A DNA stretch of 64,000 bases, taken from the NCBI GenBank assembly GCA_040954595.2, contig CM082581.2, forward strand, positions 5,448,699 to 5,512,698, read 5' to 3'. This document shows, one piece after another, positions 60,501-64,000 of the stretch (position 1 is its first letter; every line of letters starts with the position of its first letter). This DNA comes from Balanoglossus misakiensis (lineage: Eukaryota > Animalia > Hemichordata). The position numbers and the translations under genes are program-made. Below the pieces are notes generated by a model. The model had not been told where the DNA came from, did no database searches, and saw nothing but the letters and a program-made list of their open reading frames with translations.

Positions 60501-63500
60501 CAGCAGCGCCATACACTGGCATAATAGAATAAGATAGCAATATGCTGAGTTAATTTAACGTTATCATTGGAGGGCTGGTGAATGCTGGCGTCAGGTGTAT
60601 CCGTTGTGCTGGAATCCTGCGCATGAACTGGGAACAGCAGAAGGACAATGCTATTGGTTGAAAGCCACCCGATGAGGAAATCTGATGAAATCATTCAGAT
60701 ATACGAAATATTGATATTGACTTTGCACAGGTCGACCGTAAAGGTGCACGATCACATGTGCAAATCTAGCCTCATCAGATAGGCCTACAGTGGAAGGAGG
60801 AAATCTGGCCAATTGGACATTATCTCTACCATATCGTCATACTAGTAAGAAGACATAGAAAAGCCACACACGACAATATGATTCGTACATGAAGGAAGAC
60901 CTTTTCGCCATAAACATTTTGAAGTCAATGACCTCTATGAAAACCCGTTGTATCAATAAATCGGAAATCATTTCATGAATCATTTATGTTTTGATCACAT
61001 TTTTTTTTCTTGGGAGCGATTTTATCTTCAGTCATGCGACGAAGTGAGAAATAAAACATCAAGGACCTTAATCACGATTATGACGAATCTATTCAAATGC
61101 GTTTGTATGGCCTTGGCAAATGTAATCATTTAGCTTGGCTTCCACAGCGACAAAGCACATAGAATAATGATCTTGCAAACACTGGCATATTTACATTTAA
61201 GCGAATTATACACGCAAGTACTGTGGGACATATGGTTGATTTCATTTTTAATATGTTTCTAAGGAATTCTCATCGATCTCGTCAGCATATATTTAATTCG
61301 CAATTCAGTTAATTTATAAATCGAATAATGACAGGTGCTGGTGTAAGTAGCGTTCTCATGAGTGACTTGGTTCAACTTTGTTCGCTTCTGCAGTGACCTG
61401 GGATATGAACACATAGTTCGATTCCAAGCGTTTATTTGTTTAAAGCCCAGCAATCCCAGCATTCGGACATACGTCTTATTACAGGGGCGATTTTCGGCCA
61501 ACAGATCGACCGTGAAGTACCGGTAGGTGGCGCTGGCGATAAAGCAGCTGGCCATGCAGGGTACAGTCAATCACAGTTTGGTCTGCACGCCAGGGCTCGT
61601 GATTGTATCGAACTCTGATTCATTGCAGAATGCTGCTGTGCTAATAACGTTCTTAAAAGTACAACTCACTTGATGTCTTTGGAATGCAGGCAAACGGGAC
61701 TACATGTAAATTATTCAAAATGTGCCCTTATCGTGCAGTCATGTCGATACCCTAACAATTTACCTGAATGGGTTCCTCTCGTTTACACGGAAATGTACAA
61801 CCAAACATTACATGAAGATGAATAGCGGCAATGGGCTGCTAACTATATAAGGAATTACTGGAATATGCGGTCAGAAAAGGTAATGGGGCCGAGTTCACAA
61901 CTGCCAAATAAGAAGTGAAATTACTCCTTCCTTGGCATTTCCATTCACTAACTCAACTTCAAGAAAGATCGTCAGCCTGTGACATGTTGTTCGACTTATG
62001 AAAATCTCGGATAAGCCAATGACTACACGACTGGGGGTAATTGCAAGCCACAATTTGATTAATACCGGTTGCAATATACACCGGACAAATACTTAATCAA
62101 GTTTCTTTTTAAATTAAGCTATCGATGTCGGAGGTATGTTTCAATGTAAACACAGTAAAGTGATTAGCAAAACGAAACGTCTAAATTCATAAAGAGGGAA
62201 AATATCACTTTGGAGTCCGCTGACCCTCTTCATCTTGACTATGAATTATTGGCTGGCATCATGCGAATAATATTAAATTAAGTTAAATATGACGAATATG
62301 TTTTGATTTTCTTACCCGGTATTTGCGTCACGGTGTATACGTTAAACACAACACAGCCTGTAACTTTGAACTAGAGTTAATAGAAATGTAGGGTTTAATC
62401 AGTTTTTGCGGCAGCTGGGATCACCCGCGATGATAGAAAGATAAAAAAAATACTGGTATCCCCTCTAGATGACTTGACAAAGCGGGGCAATATCAACATT
62501 TCACATGGCACATCCGATTCTTTGAAGCAAACCCCGATGTCGACATACAATACACGTCAATCACAACGACATTGTTAAACAAGAGTTCAACCAAAGTCAA
62601 TATTTTCCCTAAAACAAAATCATACCGTCATCAGTACAAACCAGTCTCAATTACTGAGAAATGGAAACTGCATTGTTTACTGGAATTAATGAATTTGCCG
62701 CCATGTTGACGGACTGCATTGGGAGCACTCTGTCACTGATACTCAATTAAAAGCCGTCCGCAGGTGAAAACAACGTTATTGCATGTGCAAATGCTGTCAC
62801 AAATTTTGCGTAAAAAACTGACATGAAATAGCGGTATGGAAAGTTGGCGGGAGATTAAAGCTTACGAGTCACAGATGGCGTGACCTTCGCAAGAATAAAC
62901 TTTTAATCGTGTCACCTCTTTTATTCCGTTTCAATGGAAATTTTATAAATGTTGTCAATAAAAGCCATAGTGTGAACATGAAAAGTTTGTACCGGGATCA
63001 AATCAAAAATAAATATATCATATAGAGAATTTATGGAATGATGACAACTACTGGAGATACAGCGTGGAATATTACATCATGCGGACGACAGCATGTGTCG
63101 TGATATGACATGACATGCTATGATACACGGTGCACGGAAAACACATACATTTTTAGGACGTGACATAGTGTTCATGTAGCACGATATCACATGACGTCAC
63201 GTGACGCGAGATGATGCACATAAACTATACAATGACCCAACTTTGTATTCTTACATTCTGTCAATGAATTTCGCCACGAGACATAATTGCAATATCATTT
63301 GTGGGCGCTCCCATCATGTATTGATATGCAACGCGTTCTCATCCCGCATTTCCCGACAACGTGGAACGGTCATTTGTCTCGTGTATCATTTCCGTGAGCA
63401 TTTTTTATGCACTCGTTCTGATGTACACCTCTCGTTCAATAATGCTGTTTCCTTCTTTGTTATCGTGCACTGGGTAATGTTTTAAGTCGTTACCCGGTAC

Positions 63501-64000
63501 TCCGATATACACTCACAGGTAATTGGAAAGTACACCTACATGTATATGATTTATTTCCTGCCTTTGCCGTGATGTGGCAGGCAACGGCAACGATTGGCGA
63601 GTTTACGTTCTAACAGAAACTTTTATTCCAAATTTGCATCGCTGTGCTCCAGTTGAGGAAAGGTCGTTTAACTCTGTAAACCGAAGATGTGCCAAACGGC
63701 ACGCAAACGGAACCAGCGATATCCACAGTGATTTCCTCAGTTCTTCCTGTTTGCGCGTTCGATCTTATCACTCTCCAGTGGCCGACGGCATTGCCGTACA
63801 AAATAATATGCTCGCGTCGGGCAAAACAAAATGTGTTTCCGATGGCGTTTTCGGTGGAGGTTCGAACTCACCCAAATTTATACTGCAGACTGCATGAACG
63901 CTCGCCACTTGCAAGTGTGAGCTGCGGTAGACAGACATATTCGCATGTTTCGCGCGTGGTTAGGATCAGCGGTACCAGTGAGACAATGCGCGTGCACTAC

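Noticed and set aside
60476-60694. 72-aa ORF with a weak signal-peptide-like stretch, containing an RE1/NRSE-like sequence (tccagcacaacggatacacc, - strand)
   Set aside because: The hydrophobic core is too short, there is no homology or exon context, and the RE1-like match has mismatches at core positions.
54600-64000. Numerous 60-134 aa ORFs upstream of gene B
   Set aside because: None shows recognisable domains, coding-like composition or consistent splice signals, so the region is treated as intergenic.

Overview
This is eukaryotic DNA, AT-rich and intron-containing, most likely from a marine invertebrate (inference). The window holds two convergent, tail-to-tail paralogous Cys-loop receptor genes of the nicotinic acetylcholine receptor (nAChR) alpha9/alpha10-like type. 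Gene A (+ strand) shows its last 4 coding exons at 380-4908, and its 5' exons lie upstream of the window. Gene B (- strand) is complete, with 7 coding exons from 54187 down to 30934 encoding 500 aa. Between their 3' ends is a ~20.75 kb array of ~236 copies of an 88-bp satellite. The array sits inside a compound (TCTG)n/(GT)n...(GTAT)n microsatellite, its monomer has two dyad axes, and it shows higher-order repeat structure. Both receptors are non-canonical: loop C lacks the vicinal Cys-Cys (YPD[A/T]PGIPY) while the aromatic ligand-box residues are kept, and loop F is shortened. Gene B also lacks the -1' Glu of the cation filter (ESQGK versus ESGEK) and has an altered Cys-loop. Introns carry a few MITE-like or palindromic elements and microsatellites. 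No gene could be supported in 54.6-64 kb. All calls were made by eye, with no database searches.
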